The notes beneath the pieces are model-generated. The model was not told the DNA's origin, searched no databases, and was given only the letters and a program-made list of their open reading frames with translations. A DNA stretch of 64,000 bases from positions 1 through 64,000 of IMG/VR virus record IMGVR_UViG_3300049142_000128, one strand, 5' to 3'. The stretch is from a virus. Lineage: Duplodnaviria; Caudoviricetes. A program made the position numbers and the translations under genes. Below, one piece after another: positions 9,866 through 18,271 of the stretch (position 1 is the first letter of the stretch; each line of letters opens with the position of its first letter).

Positions 9866-10032
9866 GCCGTTCCGCCTTCCTGCGCGGCTGCGGACCCGTC
9901 CAGCAGGACGGCGACGACGTCGGTCGGGATGCCGTAGACGCGGGCGACCGCGGCGATCTGGTTGTCGCGCATCCGCTGGAGGGCGGCTCGCCGGTCGACC
10001 CAGATAGGGCGCTCGGCTGTGTCATCGCTCAC
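9862..10032 (-). CDS. Small hypothetical protein
   Basis: 4-nt overlaps with the helicase and the upstream gene. Confidence 0.45.
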   Translation of the reverse strand: MSDDTAERPIWVDRRAALQRMRDNQIAAVARVYGIPTDVVAVLLDGSAAAQEGGTA

Positions 10033-10427
10033 CGGGCGCCGCCAGCGGTGAGGACGGCGTCGGCGACGAGCCGCACGTTGGTCTGGTCGCAGGACAGGAG
10101 GACGTCGAGCAGGTCGACAGGGGTGCCTGCGCCGATCGAGCAGGCCACGGCGAGCACGCCTCGCTCGGACGACGTGTCGAACAGCCCACCTCCGGAACCG
10201 CCGACCGCGAGGAGCTGGTGCAGTGCTGCCCAGTCGGGCTGGGCGAGCAGGTGCTCGTCGTCGCCGCCGAGGGCGACGTGGCGGAGGAACGGTTCGCGGC
10301 GCAGCCAGTGGCCGTGCGCGATGAGCAGCTCGACGGCGGCCATGGACGGCAGGTAGCCGTCGGCCCAGCGGCGAAGTGCGGCCCGGAGTTGGTCGGGGTC
10401 GAGGCGGGCGCCGGGAGTCTTGACCAT
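10029..10427 (-). CDS. Hypothetical protein of a type seen on actinomycete mobile elements
   Basis: AAVELLIAHGHWLRR...SERGVLAVACSI...PVDL pattern (recognition from memory, unverified). Confidence 0.55.
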   Translation of the reverse strand: MVKTPGARLDPDQLRAALRRWADGYLPSMAAVELLIAHGHWLRREPFLRHVALGGDDEHLLAQPDWAALHQLLAVGGSGGGLFDTSSERGVLAVACSIGAGTPVDLLDVLLSCDQTNVRLVADAVLTAGGAR

Positions 10428-10707
10428 GGCGGTCACCGCCTGACGAGCGCAGTGGTCGCGCGAACCATGCGGGTGAGCGGGGTGGCGCGGTGCCGCCCGG
10501 GAGGACCGACCGGGAGGTTGCGAACCCAGGTAGCCACGGGGCGGCCGCCGGGGATTTCCGCGCTGTGGCGGCCGGCTGCGGCGTGGCCGGTGGCGGGAGC
10601 GGCTTGGGCGGGTCGTGAGCGGGCAAGGGACAAGGTCACCAGGTGTCTCCTGTCTAGGTGGTCGGTAGACGGGATGGGCAGGGGTGGTCGGGCCGAGGAA
10701 GTAGGGG

Positions 10708-10944
10708 TCAGCCGGCGCGGCGGACGGCGCGGAGCCGTGCGCAGCCGCAGGCCTCGCGCTGGGCAGGCTCGTCGAGGCCCTGCACGTAGGCGTCGACCGC
10801 GGCATCGGCGAAGGTCCAGCGGCCCCGGAATCCGCTCTGGTGGCCGTGGAGGCGACCGGATTCGGCGAGGCGGCGGATGGTGCAGACGTTCTTGTGGATG
10901 CGGTCGGCGACCTGGTTGCTGGTGCGCCAGGTGATGGCGCTCAT
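10708..10944 (-). CDS. Excisionase-like MerR/HTH_17 DNA-binding protein
   Basis: TSNQVADRIHKNVCTIRRLAESGRLHG...GRWTF..AAVDAYV; position directly downstream of cro. Confidence 0.75.
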   Translation of the reverse strand: MSAITWRTSNQVADRIHKNVCTIRRLAESGRLHGHQSGFRGRWTFADAAVDAYVQGLDEPAQREACGCARLRAVRRAG

Positions 10945-11384
10945 GAGGCGTCCACGAGGGCGTAGCGGTGGACGTTCGGCTGTAGCGCGGCGGGTGCGAC
11001 GCCGAGACGGTTCGCGATGACGGCCTGCAGGGTGGCGGGCAGCAGCTCGGCGCCGAGCTCGAGGCGGGCGAGCCGGTCGACGTCGATGCCGGTGTCGTGG
11101 GCGAGGGTTTCGAGGGTGAGGCCGAGGGCCTCGCGGAGGATCCCGATCGCGGGACGCTGCCCGGTGAGGACCTCGGGGGCGACGTCGAGGGCGGCGGCGA
11201 TCGCGGCGGTCTTCGGGGCTTCGGCGCGGCGCTTGCCAGTCTCGATGCGGGAGAGGTAGCCGGTGCTGATGAGGGCGCGGGCGGCGAGCTCGTCCTGCCG
11301 GAGGCCGCGGGCCTGGCGGAGGGCTCGGACGGTGGCGCCGTTCGCACGGATGTTGTCGTGCTCGCAGGGGCGCGGTGTGGTCAC
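10941..11384 (-). CDS. Cro-like regulator with two XRE HTH domains
   Basis: VRALRQARGLRQDELAARALISTGYLSRIETG and LREALGLTLETLAHDTGIDVDRLARLELG; divergent from the repressor. Confidence 0.8.
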   Translation of the reverse strand: MTTPRPCEHDNIRANGATVRALRQARGLRQDELAARALISTGYLSRIETGKRRAEAPKTAAIAAALDVAPEVLTGQRPAIGILREALGLTLETLAHDTGIDVDRLARLELGAELLPATLQAVIANRLGVAPAALQPNVHRYALVDAS

Positions 11385-11542
11385 AAGAGGAACATACAGG
11401 CAACTACAGGCATGTTCTAGTGCATGTAGTGGCAGCTCGGTCCCTCTCGGAGCAGCTCGCTGCTCAGAGGGTGAGACGGAAGTAGCTTCGGGTTCCCTCT
11501 CCTGCCAGCCGATTTCCTCGACTTGCCTGCCATGATGACTCG
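11385..11542. promoter_or_regulatory. Divergent lysis/lysogeny switch region
   Basis: Intergenic region between divergent HTH genes; contains ACATACAGGCAACTACAGGCATG and GATTTCCTCGACTTGCCTG repeats. Confidence 0.65.
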
Positions 11543-11926
11543 GTGAGCCTTGGAAACCGGATACGCTCTGCCCGCGAAGCGGCAGGCCTCACCCGAGAGG
11601 AGCTTGCCGAGCGCGCCGGCGTGTCCGCCCGAACGCTCGGCAACTGGGAGCGGGGCACCGCCCTCCCACGAACGGGACTCGGCGCGCTCGAGCGCGTCCT
11701 CGGCGTCCGCCTACGCGAGGGTGCTCCAGAACAAGACGCCGTGACCCTGACCGGCGCCACCGACGCGGAGGTCCTGGCGAACCTCGCCCAGCGCCTCGCC
11801 GACCGCGACCGCCGGATCACCGAGCTACAGGAGCAGCTCGAGGCTGCACGACAGCAGGCTCAGCCATCGGATCCGACACCAACCAGGTGGGCTGCACGGT
11901 CGCGCGGCACCGGTCCGGGACGGTGA
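11543..11926 (+). CDS. XRE-family HTH repressor
   Basis: IRSAREAAGLTREELAERAGVSARTLGNWERG. Confidence 0.85.
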   Translation: MSLGNRIRSAREAAGLTREELAERAGVSARTLGNWERGTALPRTGLGALERVLGVRLREGAPEQDAVTLTGATDAEVLANLAQRLADRDRRITELQEQLEAARQQAQPSDPTPTRWAARSRGTGPGR

Positions 11927-12357
11927 GCGCCGTGAGCGACCCGGAGACGCTCGCCTCCTACGTGCAGTCCTGCATGAAGGCGGTGGGGATCGACTCGATC
12001 CGCGGCCTCGCCTCGAGGGCCGGTATCGCTCCGGAGACAGCTCGCTCGATCTTCATGGGGAGGTTCCCGAACGAGCGCACGCTGCAGAAGATCGCCGATG
12101 CCCTCCCCGCGTCGCTGCAGCGGATGCGGGAGCTCACCGCCCGCCCGCCTGGTGAGCGCGAACCGTTCGTTCTTCCCCCGGAGGCAGACCAGCTCAACGA
12201 GCGGCAACGGTCCGTCGTGCTCGCTGTAGTCCATGCGCTGCTCGACGCGTCCACGGCCGGACTACAACCCGGACATACCACCGAGACCGATCACGCTCCG
12301 AATCCACCTGTTCGGCTGGTCGGGCGTCAGCGTGACACGAATGGCCCAGATGTCTGA
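11923..12357 (+). CDS. Second HTH repressor-like protein
   Basis: SIRGLASRAGIAPETARSIF...NERTLQKIADAL; C-terminal PFVLPPEADQLNERQRSVV; GTGA overlap. Confidence 0.75.
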   Translation: MSAVSDPETLASYVQSCMKAVGIDSIRGLASRAGIAPETARSIFMGRFPNERTLQKIADALPASLQRMRELTARPPGEREPFVLPPEADQLNERQRSVVLAVVHALLDASTAGLQPGHTTETDHAPNPPVRLVGRQRDTNGPDV

Positions 12358-12377
12358 CGTCGGGGAACTGACGGGCC

Positions 12378-12923
12378 GTGATCACATTGATCTTTCCTGG
12401 TATTTCCTCTAGTTGCCACCGGCGGTGCCCGTCCCTCCCCTCCAGAATCGGCCCAGTGACCAATCCGCTGACCGACGCAACCGCTCCCCCGGCATCCGAA
12501 CCAACGGGCACGGCTCCGGTCGGACGGCTCGACACCCCGGTCGTGCCGCTCCTACTCGCCGCCCTCCGGAGCCGCCGGCGGATCACCTTCGTCCTCGCCG
12601 ACCGTGTCACCCTCGGGAACCGCTACGGCCTCACGGACCTCCAGGAGAGCGTCGTGTTCCTCGATGAGACGAACACGATCGGCGAGATGCACGCGACGAT
12701 CGTTCACGAGTTCACGCACCTGATCTATCCCAACTTGTCCGAGGAGGAGGTCGAAGCGATGGCGGCTGAGTTGCTCGTTCCGCTCGCCGTAGCCCTGGAG
12801 GCCCACGAACGCAACTCGATCGAGGAGACCGCTGAGCGTCTCGTCGTCGATGGCCGCCTGATCCGCGCCCGCCTCCGCGCCGCCGAGGCCACACCGCCCG
12901 CCCATATCGATAAGACGGCGTGA
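12378..12923 (+). CDS. ImmA/IrrE-like metallopeptidase (anti-repressor)
   Basis: HExxH motif (IVHEFTH) followed by EEEVEAMAAELLVP; lies between repressor and integrase; true start may be internal. Confidence 0.8.
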   Translation: MITLIFPGISSSCHRRCPSLPSRIGPVTNPLTDATAPPASEPTGTAPVGRLDTPVVPLLLAALRSRRRITFVLADRVTLGNRYGLTDLQESVVFLDETNTIGEMHATIVHEFTHLIYPNLSEEEVEAMAAELLVPLAVALEAHERNSIEETAERLVVDGRLIRARLRAAEATPPAHIDKTA

Positions 12924-12926
12924 CGC

Positions 12927-14219
12927 ATGGCCTGGGCCGAGAAGATCCCCGGCAGCGGGAAGTACCGCGGCCGGTACCGCGACGCCACAGGACGCGCCCA
13001 GACCCTCGACGAGGGGCCGTTCACACAGCCAGCCGAAGCCCGTCGCCGCGCCTCAGTCGCCGAGGACAACGCCAGGCGACGTCCGGGGCGCCTCATGCCA
13101 CGCGGCGGCCGCATCACCTGGGCCGACTGGGCGGACATCTGGTGGCCTCTGCGCGCTGTCGAGCCGGGCACGCTCCAGCGGGACATGTCCCGGCGCAAGA
13201 CGCACCTCGAGCCGAAGTGGGGCACCACGCGCCTCGACGCGATCCGCCGCGACGCAGTCCAGGAGTGGGTCAACGACCTCTACACGAGCGGCATGGCCGC
13301 GGCGACGGTCGAACGCTGCTACCGGCTCTTCTCGGCGTCGATGAAGGCTGCGGTCGTGGCTGAGCGGCTCGACGCCACCCCTTGCGTGAAGATCGACCTG
13401 CCCAGGAAACCGCCGGCCGACGAGCGCTACCTGACCCACGAGGAGGTCGAGGCGATCACGCACTTCCTCGACCCGCAGGCCGCGCTGCTCGTGTGGTTCC
13501 TCGTTGGCACCGGCGTGCGGTGGGGCGAGGCCGTCGGCGTCCACCTGCACCGCGTGCACCTCAAGCACGCGCGCCTCGACATCCACGAGGTGTGGGACCA
13601 GCGGACCGGCGAGATCAAGCCCTACCCGAAGGGACGCCAGAAGCGCTCCGTGCCGCTCTCGGCGAGCCTGACCGCGAAGCTCAAGACGCACGTGAACGGC
13701 TTGCGCAGGTCCGGATCATGCGGGTCGCCGCACCGAAGAGGCTCGCACTGCCAGGCGCCGCTGCTCTTCCCGAACACCCGAGGGAAGGTCCTCGACTACA
13801 ACAACTTCCGCAGCAACGAGTGGGAGCGCGTCGTAGGGAAGTGGACCTGGGCAGCGCCGGACGGCACCACGTTCCGAACCGCCTCCGCCGCGCGGAAGAA
13901 GCTCGGCGAGGACGTCGAGCTGACGAGGCGATGGAAGGCCGGCCACGTGGATATCGGTCCGGTCACGATCCATGACCTACGTCACACATATGCGTCCTGG
14001 CTCATCCAAGACGGCGTGTCCCTCGAGGAACTTCGCGACCTCCTCGGCCACGAATCCGTGAAGACAACCGAGCGATACGCGCACCTCGCGCAGAGCCAGT
14101 GGAGCAGGGTGCGGCAGGCCCTCGACGCGAAACCTGCCCCAGATCTGCCCCAAGTCGATCAACTGGCGATCATGCGTGATCGAAAAGCACACCGTCTGCG
14201 CAGGTCAGCAGGGGTGTAA
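12927..14219 (+). CDS. int: Tyrosine integrase
   Basis: Catalytic R (TGVRWGE), HDLRH, LLGH, TERY; N-terminal arm-binding segment; att core immediately downstream. Confidence 0.95.
   Translation: MAWAEKIPGSGKYRGRYRDATGRAQTLDEGPFTQPAEARRRASVAEDNARRRPGRLMPRGGRITWADWADIWWPLRAVEPGTLQRDMSRRKTHLEPKWGTTRLDAIRRDAVQEWVNDLYTSGMAAATVERCYRLFSASMKAAVVAERLDATPCVKIDLPRKPPADERYLTHEEVEAITHFLDPQAALLVWFLVGTGVRWGEAVGVHLHRVHLKHARLDIHEVWDQRTGEIKPYPKGRQKRSVPLSASLTAKLKTHVNGLRRSGSCGSPHRRGSHCQAPLLFPNTRGKVLDYNNFRSNEWERVVGKWTWAAPDGTTFRTASAARKKLGEDVELTRRWKAGHVDIGPVTIHDLRHTYASWLIQDGVSLEELRDLLGHESVKTTERYAHLAQSQWSRVRQALDAKPAPDLPQVDQLAIMRDRKAHRLRRSAGV
14134..14152 (+). repeat. Integrase arm-type sites, left arm (CTGCCCCA x2)
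   Basis: CTGCCCCA at 14134-14141 and 14145-14152, 11-bp period. Confidence 0.7.
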
Positions 14220-14220
14220 C

Positions 14221-14265
14221 TGGTGGGCCCCCAGGGGATCGAACCCTGAACCCGCGGATTAAAAG
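14221..14265 (-). other. att core: 3' 45 nt of tRNA-Lys(UUU), not a complete tRNA
   Basis: Reverse complement CTTTTAATCCGCGGGTTCAGGGTTCGATCCCCTGGGGGCCCACCA has anticodon loop, T-loop GTTCGA and CCA; the 5' half is absent. Confidence 0.9.
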
Positions 14266-14382
14266 AGCGATTTGGATCACGTGCGCGGCCATGACCACAG
14301 ATGCTCTCCCGCTCATATTCGCAGTTCAGAGCGGTTCCGAGGCCGACGCGGTGAGACGTCGCGTGCGCTCGCGTGCACCGGT

Positions 14383-14414
14383 CTGCCCCACTACTGCCCC
14401 ACTTCTCATCCACT
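14383..14414 (+). repeat. Integrase arm-type sites, right arm
   Basis: CTGCCCCACT at 14383 and 14394 plus degenerate CTCATCCACT at 14405, 11-bp period. Confidence 0.7.
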
Positions 14415-14753
14415 GTGGACAGACGCCCAGGCTCGTGCTCGCTCGACGAGACGCCGCGCGGCGGACCCCACGGCGAGCGGGTCGAGCGGGGTATGGCGTG
14501 CGCCTTCCTCGAGGACCCGCCGGCGACGTTCGGCCCGGCGAGCGAGCTCGACGCGGTCCCGATCGAGCATGGGACGCGCCGCAATCACCTCACCGCGGTG
14601 CGCGCTGCACGTGAAGACCAGGAACACGCGGGGATTCGGATACTCGAAGAACGCGAGTCCCGCGTGCGTCGGCGGGTTGTGGCAGCTGGCCGGCTTTCCG
14701 AGCGGCCCGTTCACCGTGACGATGCACCCTGGCCGGCTGATCTCCCCCAACAC
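14406..14753 (-). CDS. Hypothetical protein with Cys/His residues
   Basis: 115 aa, C...SCHNPP...TCSAH; composition more coding-like than overlapping frames. Confidence 0.5.
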   Translation of the reverse strand: MLGEISRPGCIVTVNGPLGKPASCHNPPTHAGLAFFEYPNPRVFLVFTCSAHRGEVIAARPMLDRDRVELARRAERRRRVLEEGARHTPLDPLAVGSAARRLVERARAWASVHSG

Positions 14754-14932
14754 GCACTCCCCTGCAGGACCTCGCGACTCGAGCCCGCGGGGGAAGCGCG
14801 GCGGCCGGAAGCGTACGCCCTACGCGCGCGGCCGCGCAGCTCCCGCAACCGGTGATTGATCCACCCCTGCGAGTAGTCGTCACAGCTGGTCCGCCGCAGG
14901 TCAGCGGCCTGTGACGTGCGTACCGTGTCGCG

Positions 14933-15937
14933 GTGAACGAGGCGGACGAGCTGCTCCAGCCGCCGATCCGGCCCATGACCGCCCGGGCGGCCTCAGCGTT
15001 GCCGCCGCCCGAGCGGGCCGCGCTCTACAGCTTCGAGCCCAAGTGGGACGGGTTCCGCTGCCTCGCGTTCCGGACCACGGAAGGCGGCCTCCTGCAGTCG
15101 CGACAGCAGCGCCCGCTGACGAGGTACTTCCCCGAGGTGCTCGCCGGCCTCGTCGAGCAAATGCCGCCCGGCACGGTGCTCGACGGGGAGCTCGTCATCG
15201 CCCGCGGCGGGCGGCTCGACTTCACCGCGCTCCAGCGCCGCATCCACCCGTCGGCGATGCACGCCGCACGCCGCGGCGAGGTCGCGCCGGCCTGCCTGGT
15301 CGTGTTCGACGTCCTCGCCTCGGCCGGGGTGGACCTTCGAGGGCGTCCGTACTGGGCGCGCCGTGAGCACCTCGAGCTGCTCCTCCGCGACGCACGACCG
15401 CCGCTGGCGCTCACCCCGGCCACCCGGGACCTCGCCGCTGCCCACGCGTGGATGACCGAGCACGCCGGCGCCGGGATCGAGGGCGTCGTCGTGAAGGACG
15501 TCCGCCGCGGCTACCGGCCGGGCCGGACCTCCTGGGAGAAGGTGCGCAGCCGCGCAACCACCGACGCGGTCGTCGGCGGCGTCCTCGGCCCGCTCGACGA
15601 GCCGCACGCGCTCGTTCTCGGACGACCCGACGGCGGCGGTCGGCTACGCGTAGTCGGCCGGACCGGGCCGCTCCCGGCCGCCGCGCGGCGGGAGGTCGGG
15701 GCGCTCCTCGAGCCGCCGCAGGGCCGGCACCCGTGGCCGAAGCGGATCTCGTCGTCGAGGTTCGGACAGCTCCCGCCGGAGCCCGTCTTCTACACCCAGG
15801 CGGAGCCGCGTCTGGTCGTCGAAGTGGATGCCGACGTGTGCTGGGAGCAGGGACGGTGGCGGCACCCCACGGTGTTCCGGCGCCTGCGTGTCGACCTGCG
15901 CGCGGACGACCTCGCCACGACGAGTAGGGCCGGGTAG
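14933..15937 (+). CDS. ATP-dependent DNA ligase (LigC-like)
   Basis: Motif I EPKWDGFR, LDGELV, VFDVL, EGVVVK, C-terminal OB fold (EPRLVVEV...RWRHP). Confidence 0.9.
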   Translation: MNEADELLQPPIRPMTARAASALPPPERAALYSFEPKWDGFRCLAFRTTEGGLLQSRQQRPLTRYFPEVLAGLVEQMPPGTVLDGELVIARGGRLDFTALQRRIHPSAMHAARRGEVAPACLVVFDVLASAGVDLRGRPYWARREHLELLLRDARPPLALTPATRDLAAAHAWMTEHAGAGIEGVVVKDVRRGYRPGRTSWEKVRSRATTDAVVGGVLGPLDEPHALVLGRPDGGGRLRVVGRTGPLPAAARREVGALLEPPQGRHPWPKRISSSRFGQLPPEPVFYTQAEPRLVVEVDADVCWEQGRWRHPTVFRRLRVDLRADDLATTSRAG

Positions 15938-15976
15938 CAACCTGGTCTCGCAGGGCGGAACGGCATAGTTCCGGGC

Positions 15977-16357
15977 GTGCCCGACTACAACCTGCAGGAC
16001 AAGACCACCGTCGGCATCCTCGACGTGCAGTTCAGCCCGCTCTCCACGCCCCTGGTCGCCTGGTACGTCTGGATCGAGGAGGACGACTCCGAGCAGATCG
16101 AGAAGCGGCCCGTTCTTGGTGTCCTCCTCCGCCATAAGATCAACCCCGGAGGCGACATCACCGGCTCTCGCGCCGAGATGGCCGTGCAGTTCGAAGACAC
16201 AGCCGAGGTGTGCGCCGCGAACGACAGCGCGCTACTTGGCTCGAACGAGGCTTTCGTTGGGATCTACCCAGCCAGCGCGGATGAGCCGACACAGTCGATA
16301 CGTGACACCGCCAGCCGACTCCGCAGGGAGATGAAGCGGCAGGAGAAGTCGGGCTAG
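15977..16357 (+). CDS. Hypothetical protein (lower GC)
   Basis: 126 aa acidic ORF with visibly lower GC than its neighbours. Confidence 0.6.
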   Translation: MPDYNLQDKTTVGILDVQFSPLSTPLVAWYVWIEEDDSEQIEKRPVLGVLLRHKINPGGDITGSRAEMAVQFEDTAEVCAANDSALLGSNEAFVGIYPASADEPTQSIRDTASRLRREMKRQEKSG

Positions 16358-16398
16358 CAACTCTCGAACAGAGGGCACCACGCCCGACGAGGCAGCGA

Positions 16399-17109
16399 TC
16401 AGTACCGAGCGCTCGGGCGCCCGATCGACCGGGGCGCCCGGCGCCGCTGCTGGGGGCCCGTGTTCCGGTTCCTCCGCGCGGCGAGCGCCCGTTCCCGCGG
16501 ATCGGCCGGCGGCGCCTCCTCGACGACGCCAGCACGGCGGAGACCGTCGAAGAGCGGCCGCATGCGCTCTCCGATCTGCTGCATCCAGGCGGCCCCGGCC
16601 TCCCCGAGCGCGGCCATCACTTCGCGCACCGGTGCGAACGCCTGGTCGAGCTGCCGCGCGAGCTCCGCGCTCTGCACTCGCTGCCGCTCGGCAAGGGACT
16701 CCATGCGCAGCTGCACCGCAGCTCGCTGCTCGTCGGTCGTCGCGGCGAGCAGCGCGCGCTGGGCGGCGCGCCAGTCCGCGGCGAGGTTTCCGGTCGAGCG
16801 TGGGAGGCGGAACTCCGGCGGCCCCGGATCCCAGGTCACCTGCAGGAGGCCGAGAGGCGACACCAGCACCGGTGGCGACGGGATCGGCGGCTCCTCGTCC
16901 TCGAACGCCTCCGGTGGGATCACCCCGGGCGGGAAGTCTTCCGGCCGGTCCCAGGGCTCCCGGTATCCGACGAGCTCGTCGACGCGGCTCGCGTGCCACG
17001 CCTGCTGGCACCCGTCGCCGCAGAAGTCGTCGGACGGGGAGTCCTGCAGCGGGCCGCCGCACTCGTGGCAGCCGCCGACCGCCTCGTCGATCGCGTCGAG
17101 GATGTCCAC
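16399..17109 (-). CDS. Hypothetical protein with N-terminal zinc ribbon
   Basis: CHECGG...FCGDGCQQAW. Confidence 0.6.
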   Translation of the reverse strand: MDILDAIDEAVGGCHECGGPLQDSPSDDFCGDGCQQAWHASRVDELVGYREPWDRPEDFPPGVIPPEAFEDEEPPIPSPPVLVSPLGLLQVTWDPGPPEFRLPRSTGNLAADWRAAQRALLAATTDEQRAAVQLRMESLAERQRVQSAELARQLDQAFAPVREVMAALGEAGAAWMQQIGERMRPLFDGLRRAGVVEEAPPADPRERALAARRNRNTGPQQRRRAPRSIGRPSARY

Positions 17110-17164
17110 GCGCTCATCCTCCCGCGGGGCGGCGACAACGACCCCGCTCCCGAGTCACCCCACG

Positions 17165-18271
17165 TCAGGTCACGATCCGCTCGGCGGGCTCCTCGGCCGA
17201 GTCGAGCCAGACCGTGCTGGTTCCGGTCGGGGTGACGGTGAGTCCGTACCGCGCCCGGTGTGGCCGCCCGTGCGCGGCCCACGCGCGGTGCGCAGCGAGG
17301 ACCTCGTCTCCGATCGACCGCGAGCCGCTCTGGTGCGCGGTGCCGTTGCTGTCGATCTCGACCCAGGAGCCGTCGTCGGCGCGCAGGACGCGGGTCCCCC
17401 GGTCCGGCAGGCGCAAGGACTGCACGATGCCAGGGACCCGGAGAGCGAGCTGGAAGCCGAAGTCGGCGTCGTCGAGATCGTCGAGAAGCTCGGGATCGAA
17501 CTCGGCGGCGACGGGGCGCATCGCTGTCCGGTCGAACCAGGCGAGGCTCTCACCCAGCGTGCGGAACGGGTCGGCGGCGAACGGTCGAAGCCACATGAAG
17601 TGGCCTGGGACGGGGTGGAAGCGGCCCACGAGGTTGCCGGCGCCGTCACGCTGGGCGGCGATCAAGGCGCTCGAGGTGGCGGCCCGCAGATCGGCCACGA
17701 GCCGGCCGGCGGCGCGGAGTTGCCGCACCCACGCCCCGGGGACGGCGGGAACGGCGCAGGTGGCGATGATCCGGTCGAACGGTGCCCGCGCGGGCACGCC
17801 GGCCGCACCGTCCCCGGCCACGAGTGTCGGGGCGAAGCCCACCGACTTCAGCGCATCACGTGCCGCGTCGACGAGGTCCGGGTCGATGTCGATGCTGGTC
17901 ACGGCATCGCTGCCGAGGCGGTGGCAGAGCAGCGCCGCGTTGTATCCGGTCCCGGTCCCGATCTCCAGCACCGTGTGGCCGGGCGCGACGTCGAGCATGC
18001 CCAGCATGCGCGCCATCAGGCTGGGCCGCGTCGAGGAGCTGGTCGGCACGATCTGCCCGGACTCGGGCACGTGCGCGACCTGGGTGGTCAGCGATTCGTC
18101 GCGGTAGACCGCGTCGGCCACATCGTCGCGGGGAGATCCGTCGGCCGCGAACGCGACCGGCACGAACACGTGCCGGGGGACGTTCTCAAACGCGGCGCGC
18201 CAGCCCGGGTCGAGCACACCCTGATCAGCGAGGTTGGCCGCCAGCCGCCGGGCCTGCTGCTGCCAGATCAT
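17165..18271 (-). CDS. Protein-L-isoaspartate O-methyltransferase-like RiPP tailoring enzyme
   Basis: AFENVPRHVFVP, SSSTRPSLMARML, VLEIGTGTGYNAALL, PFDRIIATCAV; extended C-terminal domain; coupled to the ATP-grasp gene. Confidence 0.9.
   Translation of the reverse strand: MIWQQQARRLAANLADQGVLDPGWRAAFENVPRHVFVPVAFAADGSPRDDVADAVYRDESLTTQVAHVPESGQIVPTSSSTRPSLMARMLGMLDVAPGHTVLEIGTGTGYNAALLCHRLGSDAVTSIDIDPDLVDAARDALKSVGFAPTLVAGDGAAGVPARAPFDRIIATCAVPAVPGAWVRQLRAAGRLVADLRAATSSALIAAQRDGAGNLVGRFHPVPGHFMWLRPFAADPFRTLGESLAWFDRTAMRPVAAEFDPELLDDLDDADFGFQLALRVPGIVQSLRLPDRGTRVLRADDGSWVEIDSNGTAHQSGSRSIGDEVLAAHRAWAAHGRPHRARYGLTVTPTGTSTVWLDSAEEPAERIVT

Noticed and set aside
10433-10639. Small ORF between xis and the next early gene
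   Set aside because: Arg/Pro/Ala-rich with no motif; too weak to list as a CDS.
14221-14296. Complete tRNA-Lys gene
   Set aside because: Similarity stops at the anticodon loop (14265); no D-arm or 5' acceptor strand follows, so it is an att core only.
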